From: Candidatus Hydrogenedentota bacterium
Lineage (GTDB): Bacteria; Hydrogenedentota; Hydrogenedentia; Hydrogenedentales; JAEUWI01
NCBI GenBank assembly: GCA_034669905.1
Contig: JAXMOL010000045.1
Coordinates: 2,584 to 66,583 of the forward strand
Length of the DNA stretch: 64,000 bases
Direction: 5' to 3'
The position numbers were made by a program, and so were the translations under genes. Below the pieces are notes generated by a model, which saw only the letters and a list, made by a program, of their open reading frames with translations, was not told the DNA's origin and made no database searches. This document shows, piece by piece, positions 18,659 to 27,612 of the stretch; positions within the stretch are counted from its first letter, which is position 1, and every line of letters starts with the position of its first letter.

Positions 18659-20221
18659 CTACGCCCGCTCGGCGCCGGGCTTTCCGTTTTCCACGACGTA
18701 GGTGGCGCGGGTCAGGCATTCGCCACCGGGTTTTGAAACGACGGGTACGACGCGGAAATCGGTCTTCCACTGGTCGGGGGTGAGCTCACAGCGGACGTAG
18801 CCCCGTTCGGCGTTGTAAAACTTTACGAAGGGGTTGTCGGCGAGCACGCCGTCGGTGTCCTTGCGTTTTTCGGCACCGTCGCCGCCAGAAGTGATCGACG
18901 TGCCCACGAATTCAGTGGCAATGGTGGGATCGTCGACGCGGTCAAAGTCCAATTTAAGGTCATTGACCCAGTTGGTGTGGATGTCGCCCGTGAGGACGAC
19001 CGGATTGCTGATCTGTTGGTCACGGAGGAAGCGGAAGAGGCGCTTTCTTCCCTCGTCATAGCCCGCCCATTGATCCATGCTCCAGGCCACGGCATCGCCG
19101 GGCGTGCGGTCGACCCGGGCCATCATGACCTGCTGGGCGAGGATGTTCCACCGGGCCGGGGATGCGGCCAGTCCGTCGCAGAGCCACTTTTCCTGGATGT
19201 CGCCCAGGAGGGTGGCGTTGGGATCGAAGACACCGTCACAGGGCGCGACATTGTTGTCGCCACAGGGCTGGTCGGTGCGGTACTGGCGGGTGTCGAGGAC
19301 GTTGAACTGGGCCAGGCGTCCGTAGGTCACGTTGCGGTAGAGTTGCATCATGGGGCCATGGGGCAGGGCCGAGCGGCGCAGGGGCATGCTCTCGTAGTAG
19401 GCCTTGTAGGCATTGGCGCGGCGTGCGAGATATTTCACCGGGTCGATGCCGTCCTCTTCGGAAATGTCCCCTGCACAGTTGTTGTCGAACTCGTGGTCAT
19501 CCCACGTGACCATCCAGGGGAAGGCGGCATGGGCGGCCTGGAGGTCGGGGTCTGTCTTGTAGAGGGCATAGCGATTGCGGTATTCGTCGAGGGTCTCTAC
19601 TTCCTTGCTGTTGTGTTGGCGGACGGCCTTTTTGTTGGGGCCATATTCGTAGATGTAGTCGCCGAGATGAACTACTGCATGAAGGTCTTCGTTGGCCATA
19701 TGGCCCAGGGCGGTGAAGTAGCCTGATTCATAGTGTTGGCAGGAGGCAAAACCGAATCGGAGCAGCTCGGGCATGGTGTCGGGCGCTGGCGCGGTGCGGG
19801 TGCGTCCGACGGGACTGATTTCATTGCCGGCTTTGAACTGGTAGAAGTAGTGGCGGTCTGCTTCGAGGCCCTGCACCTCCACGTGTACCGAATGGGCCCA
19901 GTCTTTTGAAGCGGTGGCCGTGCCTTTTGCTGCGACCTTGGTCATGCCCTCATCGTGGGCCACCTGCCAGTGGACCAAGACGTTTTCGGGGGGCATGCCG
20001 CCACCATCCATCAGCGGATCGGGCGTGAGCCGGGTCCAGAGCACGACGCCATCGGGTGCCGGGTCGCCTGAGGCCACGCCGAGCTTGAAGGGATAGTCTG
20101 CCGTGAGGACCTTGCGGTCGGGGGCTTCGGCCCGGGCCATGTTCGCAAAGGGCCAGGTAACTGCGGCGGCCGATGCCGCGGCGAGGAAGTGGCGACGGTT
20201 CATGGTGGGGCGATTGGGCAT
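18659..20221 (-). CDS. phoD: Alkaline phosphatase D, Tat-exported
   Basis: RRHFL Tat signal; GVASGDP, FASCQ, HLGDYIYE, WDDHE, LDTRQYR, WDGY-like DQWAGY, LTGDIH. Confidence 0.93.
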   Translation of the reverse strand: MPNRPTMNRRHFLAAASAAAVTWPFANMARAEAPDRKVLTADYPFKLGVASGDPAPDGVVLWTRLTPDPLMDGGGMPPENVLVHWQVAHDEGMTKVAAKGTATASKDWAHSVHVEVQGLEADRHYFYQFKAGNEISPVGRTRTAPAPDTMPELLRFGFASCQHYESGYFTALGHMANEDLHAVVHLGDYIYEYGPNKKAVRQHNSKEVETLDEYRNRYALYKTDPDLQAAHAAFPWMVTWDDHEFDNNCAGDISEEDGIDPVKYLARRANAYKAYYESMPLRRSALPHGPMMQLYRNVTYGRLAQFNVLDTRQYRTDQPCGDNNVAPCDGVFDPNATLLGDIQEKWLCDGLAASPARWNILAQQVMMARVDRTPGDAVAWSMDQWAGYDEGRKRLFRFLRDQQISNPVVLTGDIHTNWVNDLKLDFDRVDDPTIATEFVGTSITSGGDGAEKRKDTDGVLADNPFVKFYNAERGYVRCELTPDQWKTDFRVVPVVSKPGGECLTRATYVVENGKPGAERA

Positions 20222-20384
20222 GGGGGAGTTCTCCGACTGAATGGGGGTGTTGCGTCCATTGTGTCCATCGTATATTTTTTAAAAGTGTAGCAGACAGAGA
20301 AGGGTAAGTGGTGGGTTTTGTACGGTGGCTGGGTGGGACCTGGGCATTTCCTATCGATAGAAAACATGGTTCCCGATACTTCCA

Positions 20385-20684
20385 TCAGTCGAAGCGTTTC
20401 TCAATGCAGTCCATAATGCTCTTGAGGTAGGGATCAGAAATCTTATAGAAGGTCTGGCGCCCTCGGCGTTCGGCGCGCAGGAGCCGCCGGTCCCGCATTT
20501 TGCCCAGGTGCTCGGAGGCGATATGACTGGGGATATTGCACGCCTCCGCCAGTGCGCCCACGGGGTAATCGTCCTGGAGCAGCAATTGGAGCAGGCGGAG
20601 CCGGAGTGGGTGGGCCAGTGTGCGCAGACATTCGGCGGCTTGGGCGAGTCCATCGGGACTGGTTGTTGTGGGCGTGGTGGGCAT
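20385..20684 (-). CDS. ArsR/SmtB family repressor
   Basis: LRTLAHPLRLRLL...VGALAEAC...SEHLGKMR...ERRGRQTFY; three Cys. Confidence 0.9.
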   Translation of the reverse strand: MPTTPTTTSPDGLAQAAECLRTLAHPLRLRLLQLLLQDDYPVGALAEACNIPSHIASEHLGKMRDRRLLRAERRGRQTFYKISDPYLKSIMDCIEKRFD

Positions 20685-20795
20685 GGGCGTACTCCTTGGC
20701 CAGCTGTGGTGACACCTTCAGTGTGCTTCGGTCCGATGTATAACGGACGGGTGAGTCGTGTCCTGCGAGATTGGGGTTTCATTCTTCGAATAGGC

Positions 20796-20847
20796 TTGCA
20801 TTCCTCGTTACTTGATGCTAGTATATATCGTGAGGTTGCGATATATC
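20796..20847 (+). promoter_or_regulatory. sigma70 promoter overlapped by a 12-2-12-type inverted repeat (probable ArsR operator)
   Basis: TTGCAT (20796-20801), 17 nt, TAGTAT (20819-20824). ATATATCG-N8-CGATATAT at 20823-20846. Confidence 0.65.
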
Positions 20848-20920
20848 AATTATTTCAGCCCCGAGCGTTAAAGAAAGCTATCGTATGGAGCCGGTGTCGG
20901 GTCCGATGAAGGAGGTTGCC

Positions 20921-23764
20921 ATGAAACTGGGAGAATCTGTAGCACGCGTCTCGCTGGACCATCCCCGCATGATTGCGGGCATCATGGTGGTCTTGTGTGT
21001 CGTCATCGGGTCGACCGCCCTGCTACCCTCGGTGCTGCCGGATACCTTTCCCATGCTGCACGGGGTGAAGGTAGACACCGATCCGGAAAACATGTTGAGC
21101 AAAGAAGAGGCCGTCCGTGTTTTCCACAATGACATGAAGGAGGTCTTCGCGCTCAACGACATTGTGGTCCTCGGTGTGGTAAACGAGACGGATCCGCAGG
21201 GGGTCTTCAATCCTGCGTCCCTTCGTAAAATCTATGATCTGACCGAATTCGCCCTGACCCTGCGCGGGGAGGCCATCGGTGAAGTGGACCCGCAAGCGGG
21301 AGTAATCCGCGCCGATGTCATTGCGCCATCCACGGTGGACAATATCGAGCAGGGGGGGCCGGGCGTGGTGCGCTTTGAATGGCTGATGCCCGAAGCGCCC
21401 GCGACGGATGCCGAGGCGCTGGCGGTACGGGACAAGGCCCGTCGCATACCTTTCCTGGATGGTACGTTGCTGTCGGAAAGTGGTCAGGCCTTGTGTCTTT
21501 ACCTGCCGCTCACTTCCAAGGACCTGAGCTACCGCGTCTATTCCGAACTGCGCGAAAAGATTGCTGGACTTGGTGGGGAGGAGCGCTTTTTTATCACGGG
21601 GCTACCGGTGGCGAATGACACCTTTGGTCATGAGATGTTTGTGCAAATGGCGATCTCCGCACCGACAGCCATGTTTGTCATTTTTCTTTTGATGTTGCTG
21701 TTTTTCCGGAAACTGGTGCTCATCGTATCGCCCTTGCTCATCGCATTGGCGGCCGTGATATGCACCATGGGGCTGCTGGTGGCTACGGGGAACACGATCC
21801 ACATCATGAGCTCCATGATTCCAATCTTCATCATGCCTATCGCGGTGCTGGATTCTATCCATATCCTTTCCGAGTTTTTCGACCGCTATCAGCAGACGCG
21901 AGATCGGCGAAAGACCATGGTGGGCGTCATGGAGAGCCTCTTTGCGCCCATGCTCTACACCTCGCTCACGTCGGCCGCAGGTTTTGCGTCCTTGGCGCTG
22001 ACGCCCATCCCTCCCGTACAGACCTTTGGGATCTTTGTCGCCCTGGGAATTATGCTGGCCTGGCTCTTTACAATCACCTTCATACCGGCCTACATCATGT
22101 TCATCCCGGAGCGGCGGCTGGAGAACTTCGGCATGGCCGATACTTCGGTGGTCGAGACGGCGCAGGACAAGAGTCTCGTGGGGCGCTTTCTCCATCTCAT
22201 GGGGTATTTTACCTTCCACCATGCGAAAGCCGTGATTGCCGTCTCGGTGCTCGTGCTGGTCGTCGCCTTCGTGGGCATGAGCCGTATCCGCATTAACGAC
22301 AATCCCACCAACTGGTTCAAATATGACCATCCTATCCGTGTGGCGGACCGGGTGCTGAACGAGCATTTTGGCGGCACCTATATGGCCTACCTCGTGCTGC
22401 GTGCCCCCGGCGAGACCGGGGCCATTGCCCCATCGGATGGCGATGCTGTGTCCGAAGGCGTCCCGGAGACACCCGCTTTACCGTCGGGAATGGGTGGTGA
22501 TGAGGCGCCCGCTCTGCCAGCTGGATTGGGCGGTGATGAGGCGCCCGCCCTTCCTGCAGGATTGGGTGGCGATGACGGGCCCGCCTTGCCGGCAGGGCTC
22601 GGTGGAGACGGACCCGCGATGGAGGCCGAAGTGTCGGTTGCAGCCCCCGAGGCGGAAGCCACCTTCAAGAATCCGGAAGTGCTCCGATACATGCGTCGCT
22701 TGCAGGAACACTTGCTGACCACCGGTGTGGTGGGCAAGTCCAACTCGCTGGCCGACATTGTGAAAACGGTTCACCGGGAATTGATAGACGGGAGCGAGGC
22801 CAATTTCCGTATCCCGGATAGCTCGGCCGCGGTGGCCCAGTGTCTCATGCAATACCAGAGCAGCCACCGTCCCGGTGATCTCTGGCACATGGTAACCCCC
22901 AACTACCGCCAAACCAGCCTCTGGGTACAACTGCGCAGTGGTGATAATCTGGATATGACCCACGTGGTGAGTTCGGTGGAGGCCTTCTTCGCCGAGAACC
23001 CACCCCCGGTCCCCCTGGAGCATGAATGGTTTGGCCTGTCCTACATCAACGTGGTGTGGCAGCAGAAGATGGTCGCGGGCATGCTGCAGGCCTTCCTGGG
23101 CAGCTTTCTCGTGGTGCTGCTCATGATGATTATCCTGTTTCGGTCGGCCCTTTGGGGATTGCTCTCCATGATTCCCCTGACGCTGACCATCGCCCTCATC
23201 TACGGCGTGGTGGGGCTCGTCGGGAAGGATTACGACATGCCGGTGGCCGTCCTGTCTTCGCTGACCCTTGGCCTGGCGGTTGACTTCGCCATCCACTTTC
23301 TTGCACGAACCCGTGCGCTCTATGCGGAGCATGGCTCCTGGGATGCCTGCCATGATCACGTGTTTGGCGAGCCGGCCCGGGCGATTACCCGCAATGTGGT
23401 GGTCATCGCTGTGGGCTTTACTCCCTTGTTGCTGGCCCCGCTCCTGCCCTATGTCACCGTCGGCATTTTCCTGGCATCGATTCTGCTCGTGTCGGGTCTG
23501 GCCACCCTGTTGATTCTGCCGTCGTTGGTGCGGCTTCTGGAGCCCCTGTTGTTTCCCAAGACAGCGGCGTGCTCCATGCTTTGCCAGTTTGGCACCACGT
23601 TCGTGGCCAGTGTGACGGCGATTGCGCTGTTGGCGGTAAACGTCCACCCCTTTATCGCGCTGAGCTGGACCACCCTGGGGGCTATCTGTACCGCGCTGAC
23701 GGTAGTTGCCGCCCTGGTTGCCTGGGCTCTGGCGCGCCGTGCGTCCTGTCGGAACGAACTGTAA
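20921..23764 (+). CDS. MMPL/RND superfamily transporter
   Basis: Two-fold TM repeat; IAVLDSIHILS and GLAVDFAIHFL motifs; large periplasmic loops. GGAGG RBS before ATG 20921. Confidence 0.9.
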   Translation: MKLGESVARVSLDHPRMIAGIMVVLCVVIGSTALLPSVLPDTFPMLHGVKVDTDPENMLSKEEAVRVFHNDMKEVFALNDIVVLGVVNETDPQGVFNPASLRKIYDLTEFALTLRGEAIGEVDPQAGVIRADVIAPSTVDNIEQGGPGVVRFEWLMPEAPATDAEALAVRDKARRIPFLDGTLLSESGQALCLYLPLTSKDLSYRVYSELREKIAGLGGEERFFITGLPVANDTFGHEMFVQMAISAPTAMFVIFLLMLLFFRKLVLIVSPLLIALAAVICTMGLLVATGNTIHIMSSMIPIFIMPIAVLDSIHILSEFFDRYQQTRDRRKTMVGVMESLFAPMLYTSLTSAAGFASLALTPIPPVQTFGIFVALGIMLAWLFTITFIPAYIMFIPERRLENFGMADTSVVETAQDKSLVGRFLHLMGYFTFHHAKAVIAVSVLVLVVAFVGMSRIRINDNPTNWFKYDHPIRVADRVLNEHFGGTYMAYLVLRAPGETGAIAPSDGDAVSEGVPETPALPSGMGGDEAPALPAGLGGDEAPALPAGLGGDDGPALPAGLGGDGPAMEAEVSVAAPEAEATFKNPEVLRYMRRLQEHLLTTGVVGKSNSLADIVKTVHRELIDGSEANFRIPDSSAAVAQCLMQYQSSHRPGDLWHMVTPNYRQTSLWVQLRSGDNLDMTHVVSSVEAFFAENPPPVPLEHEWFGLSYINVVWQQKMVAGMLQAFLGSFLVVLLMMIILFRSALWGLLSMIPLTLTIALIYGVVGLVGKDYDMPVAVLSSLTLGLAVDFAIHFLARTRALYAEHGSWDACHDHVFGEPARAITRNVVVIAVGFTPLLLAPLLPYVTVGIFLASILLVSGLATLLILPSLVRLLEPLLFPKTAACSMLCQFGTTFVASVTAIALLAVNVHPFIALSWTTLGAICTALTVVAALVAWALARRASCRNEL
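22466..22620 (+). repeat. Four ~36-bp in-frame repeats encoding PALP(S/A)G(M/L)GGD
   Basis: ETPALPSGMGGD-EAPALPAGLGGD-EAPALPAGLGGD-DGPALPAGLGGD inside the MMPL gene. Confidence 0.85.
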
Positions 23765-23813
23765 ACGTGAAGCATAGGCCAGCCGCGCTGGCAAAACGTT
23801 AAGGAGATTGACG

Positions 23814-24623
23814 ATGAAAAAAGTACTACTAACCGGCCTCTTGACCGTGGCCCTGACTGCCGGGGTGGGGGCCTTTGCCCAGGCTGCTCCTTCGGTCGAA
23901 GAAATCGTGACCAAGGCCAATCATATGTCCTACTACCAGGGGCCCGACGGTCGGGCGAAGGTCACGATGACCGTGAAGGATAAGCAGGGCAGAAGCCGCA
24001 CAAAGGCCTTTACCATCCTGCGTATGAACACGGACGACCAGGACAAGACCCAGCGGTTCTATGTATATTTTCACGAGCCGTCCGACGAGCGGGGAACGGT
24101 CTTCATGGTGCACAAGCACGTGGATAAGGATGACGACCGCTGGCTCTATCTGCCCGCCCTTGATCTGGTGAAGCAAATTGCCGCCAGTGATGAACGGACC
24201 AGTTTTGTGGGATCGGACTTTTTCTACGAAGACGTGTCCGGGCGTGGGCTTGACGAGGATTCGCACGAGCTTATCGAGACAACGGCCAACGCCTACGTGT
24301 TAAAGAACACGCCAAAGGACAGAGGTGCCGTGGAGTTTGATTCGTATACCATGTATATCGACAAGAACTTCTTTATCCCCTACGAAGTGCGTTTCGAAAA
24401 GGGGGGCGTGGTGTATCGTATCGCGAAAGTCCTCGCTGTGAAAGACACTACTGGTTCCGACGGAACGGTCTATAAGACCGTCACGAAGTCCCAGATGGTG
24501 GATGTGGAATCTGGCGGGTCCACCACCCTCGACTACAGTGACGTACAGTACGGTGTGGGCCTGACGGAAGATATATTCACTGAGCGGTATCTTCGGAAGC
24601 CGCCACAGGAATTTTTGAAATAG
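23814..24623 (+). CDS. Outer membrane lipoprotein-sorting (LolA-like) periplasmic protein
   Basis: Signal peptide; FHEPSDERGTVF..., DDRWLYLPAL..VKQIA...SFVGSDFFYED pattern of the RND-associated LolA-like family. Confidence 0.85.
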   Translation: MKKVLLTGLLTVALTAGVGAFAQAAPSVEEIVTKANHMSYYQGPDGRAKVTMTVKDKQGRSRTKAFTILRMNTDDQDKTQRFYVYFHEPSDERGTVFMVHKHVDKDDDRWLYLPALDLVKQIAASDERTSFVGSDFFYEDVSGRGLDEDSHELIETTANAYVLKNTPKDRGAVEFDSYTMYIDKNFFIPYEVRFEKGGVVYRIAKVLAVKDTTGSDGTVYKTVTKSQMVDVESGGSTTLDYSDVQYGVGLTEDIFTERYLRKPPQEFLK

Positions 24624-24788
24624 TTTGGAATGCTGCTGAGAAAAGGCGGCTCGGCACGTCCGGGACCCAGAGGGAGTGTAGACCCAGGATGAATTGCGCG
24701 CGCGCGAGTGGCACCCTGCTGCTCACTTTGGGCATATTCGATACACTGGAATCATCACAGCACGCAACGGCTAGTTCGGAGGTGATAC

Positions 24789-26297
24789 ATGGGATATTCA
24801 ATACGTAGATTGGGGTCGATTCGCATGATCGCTTATGTGCCACACCGCTGGATCGCCACCCTGTGTGTTGTTGTGCTCGCGCTGCCCGCCGTCGCCCAGG
24901 ACGAACCAGCCTTACCCCCGGGGCTCGTGCCCGAAACCCCCGCTTCGGAAGAGCCGTCCCTGCCACCCGGGTTGGGCGGCGGTACAGAATCTCCGTCTTT
25001 GCCACCCGGCCTCGGTGGGGATTCGGAGTCGCCATCCTTGCCGCCTGGTTTGGGTGGTGACACGGACGACAGCCCCGCCACGGACGGCACGACGGACCTG
25101 CGGTTGACCGACCGTCTTCCCGCCTGGCTTCATGGTTTCTGGGAAACCCGTGTCGGGATGCGTACCCACAACGACCCGGAACAGCCCGGTGATCTCAGCA
25201 TTGGCGAGTCCCGACTCCAATTGGAGGCGAAGAAGCACTGGGGCGACACGGCCCTGGAGGTGACGGCGGATGTTTATGGTGATGTCGTGACCGAAGAGGC
25301 GGAGTTTGATTTGCGCCAGTTCCGGTTGACCTTTTCACCGGTAGACGCCGTGGACGTGCGGGTGGGTCGTCAGGTATTGACCTGGGGGACCGGTGACCTG
25401 CTGTTTATCAATGACCTGTTTCCGAAGGATTGGCAATCCTATTTCCTCGGACGTGACCAGGAATATCTCAAGGCACCGTCCGACGCCATCAAGGTGGGGT
25501 GGTACCCAAAATGGCTGAACATGGAGGTGGTCTACACGCCCCGCTTTGACCGTGATCGGTTTATTCGGGGCGAACGGGTGACCTACTTCAGTCCAATATT
25601 TGGCCCTTCGGGACGAGACCGTCAGGTGCAAACGAGCCCGCCCAACGATTGGTTTCAGGATGATGAGGTGGCCCTCCGGCTCTATCGGCGGGTGAAGGGC
25701 TTCGAGCTGGCCCTCTACGGCTATCGGGGCTATTGGAAGAGCCCGGCAGGCCAGACCTTTGTGCCCTTCGAGGCCACCCACCCGCGCCTGAATGTCTATG
25801 GTGCCAGCGCCCGGGGCCCGGTGGGGAAGGGGCTCCTGAACGTGGAATTGGGCTATTACGATTCCCGGGACGATTCGGATGGGAGCGATTTTGGCGTGAA
25901 CAACAGCGAATGGCGATTCTTAATCGGCTATGAGCGCGAGCTTGCCAAGGAACTCACCGGGGCGATCCAATATTATGTGGAGCATATGGTCGACTACGAC
26001 AACTACGCTGCGTCACCGTTCTTCCGGATATTTCCCAAACGGGACGAGGACCGCCACGTGGTGACGGTCCGGCTGACGAAACTGTTGATGGACCAGAATC
26101 TGATCCTGTCCTTTTTTGCCTATTACAGCCCTAGCGACCAGGATGCCTTTCTACGGCCAAAGAGCACCTACAAAGTAAATGACCGTTGGACCGTGGAAGG
26201 GGGCGGCAACCTATTCCTGGGAAAGGATGACCACACCTTTTTCGGCCAGTTTGAGAAGAGCACCAACGTATACGTGTCGGCGCGCTATTCCTTTTGA
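24789..26297 (+). CDS. Outer membrane beta-barrel protein (DUF1302-like)
   Basis: GGAGGTGA RBS, signal peptide, VRVGRQVLTWGTGD, alternating beta-strand pattern, C-terminal YSF. Confidence 0.8.
   Translation: MGYSIRRLGSIRMIAYVPHRWIATLCVVVLALPAVAQDEPALPPGLVPETPASEEPSLPPGLGGGTESPSLPPGLGGDSESPSLPPGLGGDTDDSPATDGTTDLRLTDRLPAWLHGFWETRVGMRTHNDPEQPGDLSIGESRLQLEAKKHWGDTALEVTADVYGDVVTEEAEFDLRQFRLTFSPVDAVDVRVGRQVLTWGTGDLLFINDLFPKDWQSYFLGRDQEYLKAPSDAIKVGWYPKWLNMEVVYTPRFDRDRFIRGERVTYFSPIFGPSGRDRQVQTSPPNDWFQDDEVALRLYRRVKGFELALYGYRGYWKSPAGQTFVPFEATHPRLNVYGASARGPVGKGLLNVELGYYDSRDDSDGSDFGVNNSEWRFLIGYERELAKELTGAIQYYVEHMVDYDNYAASPFFRIFPKRDEDRHVVTVRLTKLLMDQNLILSFFAYYSPSDQDAFLRPKSTYKVNDRWTVEGGGNLFLGKDDHTFFGQFEKSTNVYVSARYSF
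24897..25075 (+). repeat. Four in-frame repeats encoding P(A/S)LPPGL(GG)
   Basis: EPALPPGLVP, EPSLPPGLGGG, SPSLPPGLGGD, SPSLPPGLGGD. Confidence 0.85.
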
Positions 26298-26443
26298 CGG
26301 CGGTGGTCCAGAGAGTAAAAAGGCGGCTATAGTGGTCTGAACCATAGCTAATCCACCGGCTCTGCCGTTCCGGCGAGTTCTTCTACTATTAGCTCAAGTA
26401 GCGTGATTTTTGCAGTGTTGCAGAATAGGGCGGTCGAAGCGCT

Positions 26444-26677
26444 CTTAGCCCCGGAGGGGCGACATATCGTAGCCCAGGGCGATGCGCAGCAAGCCCTGGG
26501 GGCGTGGGCAAAACTCTCAGAGAGCCCCAGCGGGGCGGTATAGAATTTTCGGAGATGGGACCGAATTCGCGCCCTATGTCGCCCCGTTGGGACTCACATC
26601 GGTGTGTGTCGACCAATACCCAGGACTCGCTTCGCTCGCCGCTGGGCTACGATATGTCGCCCACTTCGTGGACTAAG
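26444..26677. repeat. REP-doublet/MITE-like palindromic element
   Basis: Inverted ends sharing GCGACATATCGTAGCCCA / TGGGCTACGATATGTCGC. Same family as 59544-59780. Confidence 0.8.
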
Positions 26678-27397
26678 ACCGTACGTGGAACTATCGCCTA
26701 TCAGAGGTGATCGAAGTCATCGGCCCCGTTGCCGGGGCCTTCCTCATACCCTCGGCTCTGCCGGTGGTTGCTGATTTTCAAATGAATCCTTTTATTCGGG
26801 CGTAAAATGACCCGGGCTTTCAGCCCTGATCCTCTTTTGATGCTCTTAATTCCTGGGACTTCGCCCCAGGCTGATATGGCACGCGCCTTTGGCGCTGAAG
26901 AAATCGTTGTTGCTTCGCCAAAAGTCTTTATTTGAGGGCCAACGGCCAGGCAGCATTCCAGCCCCAGCGGGGCGGCATAGAATTTTCGGAGATGGGACCG
27001 AATTCGCGCCCTATGTCGCCCCGTTGGGACTCACATCGGTGTGTGTCGACCAATACCCAGGACTCGCTTCGCTCGCCGCTGGGCTACGATATGTCGCCCA
27101 CTTCGTGGACTAAGACCGTACGTGGAACTATCGCCTATCAGATATGATCGAAGTTATCGGCCCCGTTGCCGGGGCCTTCTTTATACCCTCGGCTCTGCCG
27201 GTGGTTGCTGATTTTTAAATGAATCCTTTTATTCGGGCGTAAAATGACCCGGGCTTTCAGCCCTGATCCTCTTTTGATGCTCTTATTCCTGGGACTTCGC
27301 CCCAGGCTGATATGGCACGCGCCTTTGGCGCTGAAGAAATCGTTGTTGTTTCGCCAAAAGTCTTTATTTGAGGGCCAACGGCCAGGCAGCATTCCAG
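26524..27397. repeat. 437-bp tandem duplication of REP-rich sequence
   Basis: 26524-26960 and 26961-27397 are near-identical. Confidence 0.9.
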
Positions 27398-27460
27398 CAT
27401 GGGGTGAAGCCCCATGTTTCCGGACGGATTGATCCATTGAGGGCTGAAAGCCCGTCTCAT
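27244..27460. repeat. Second REP-doublet family element
   Basis: Inverted ends CGGGCTTTCAGCCCT / AGGGCTGAAAGCCCG, with internal hairpins. Confidence 0.7.
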
Positions 27461-27612
27461 GGAGCTACGGCGTGAGTCGTGTTGGTTCTCAACCCCTTGG
27501 AAGTCCAAAATTAAAGTGGCCTGTTAACCTCCCATATGCTCGATTCAGACCACTATGAACGGGTGGCGTCATCTTGGGACGGGAACCCATGAGGAGCGCT
27601 GGGCAGCCAATT

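Noticed and set aside
22478-23920. Long antisense ORFs (also 27574-28713, 41369-42520, 51821-52906, 56555-58066)
   Set aside because: Shadow frames opposite well-supported genes in GC-rich DNA, with no recognisable motifs.
26444-27460. Possible CRISPR array in the repeat cluster (also 59.1-59.9 kb)
   Set aside because: Units are long palindromes or a 437-bp duplication, not 23-50-bp repeats with unique spacers; no cas genes.
26389-27508. Short ORFs in the repeat cluster
   Set aside because: Translations of palindromic repeats, duplicated with the DNA and without coding features.
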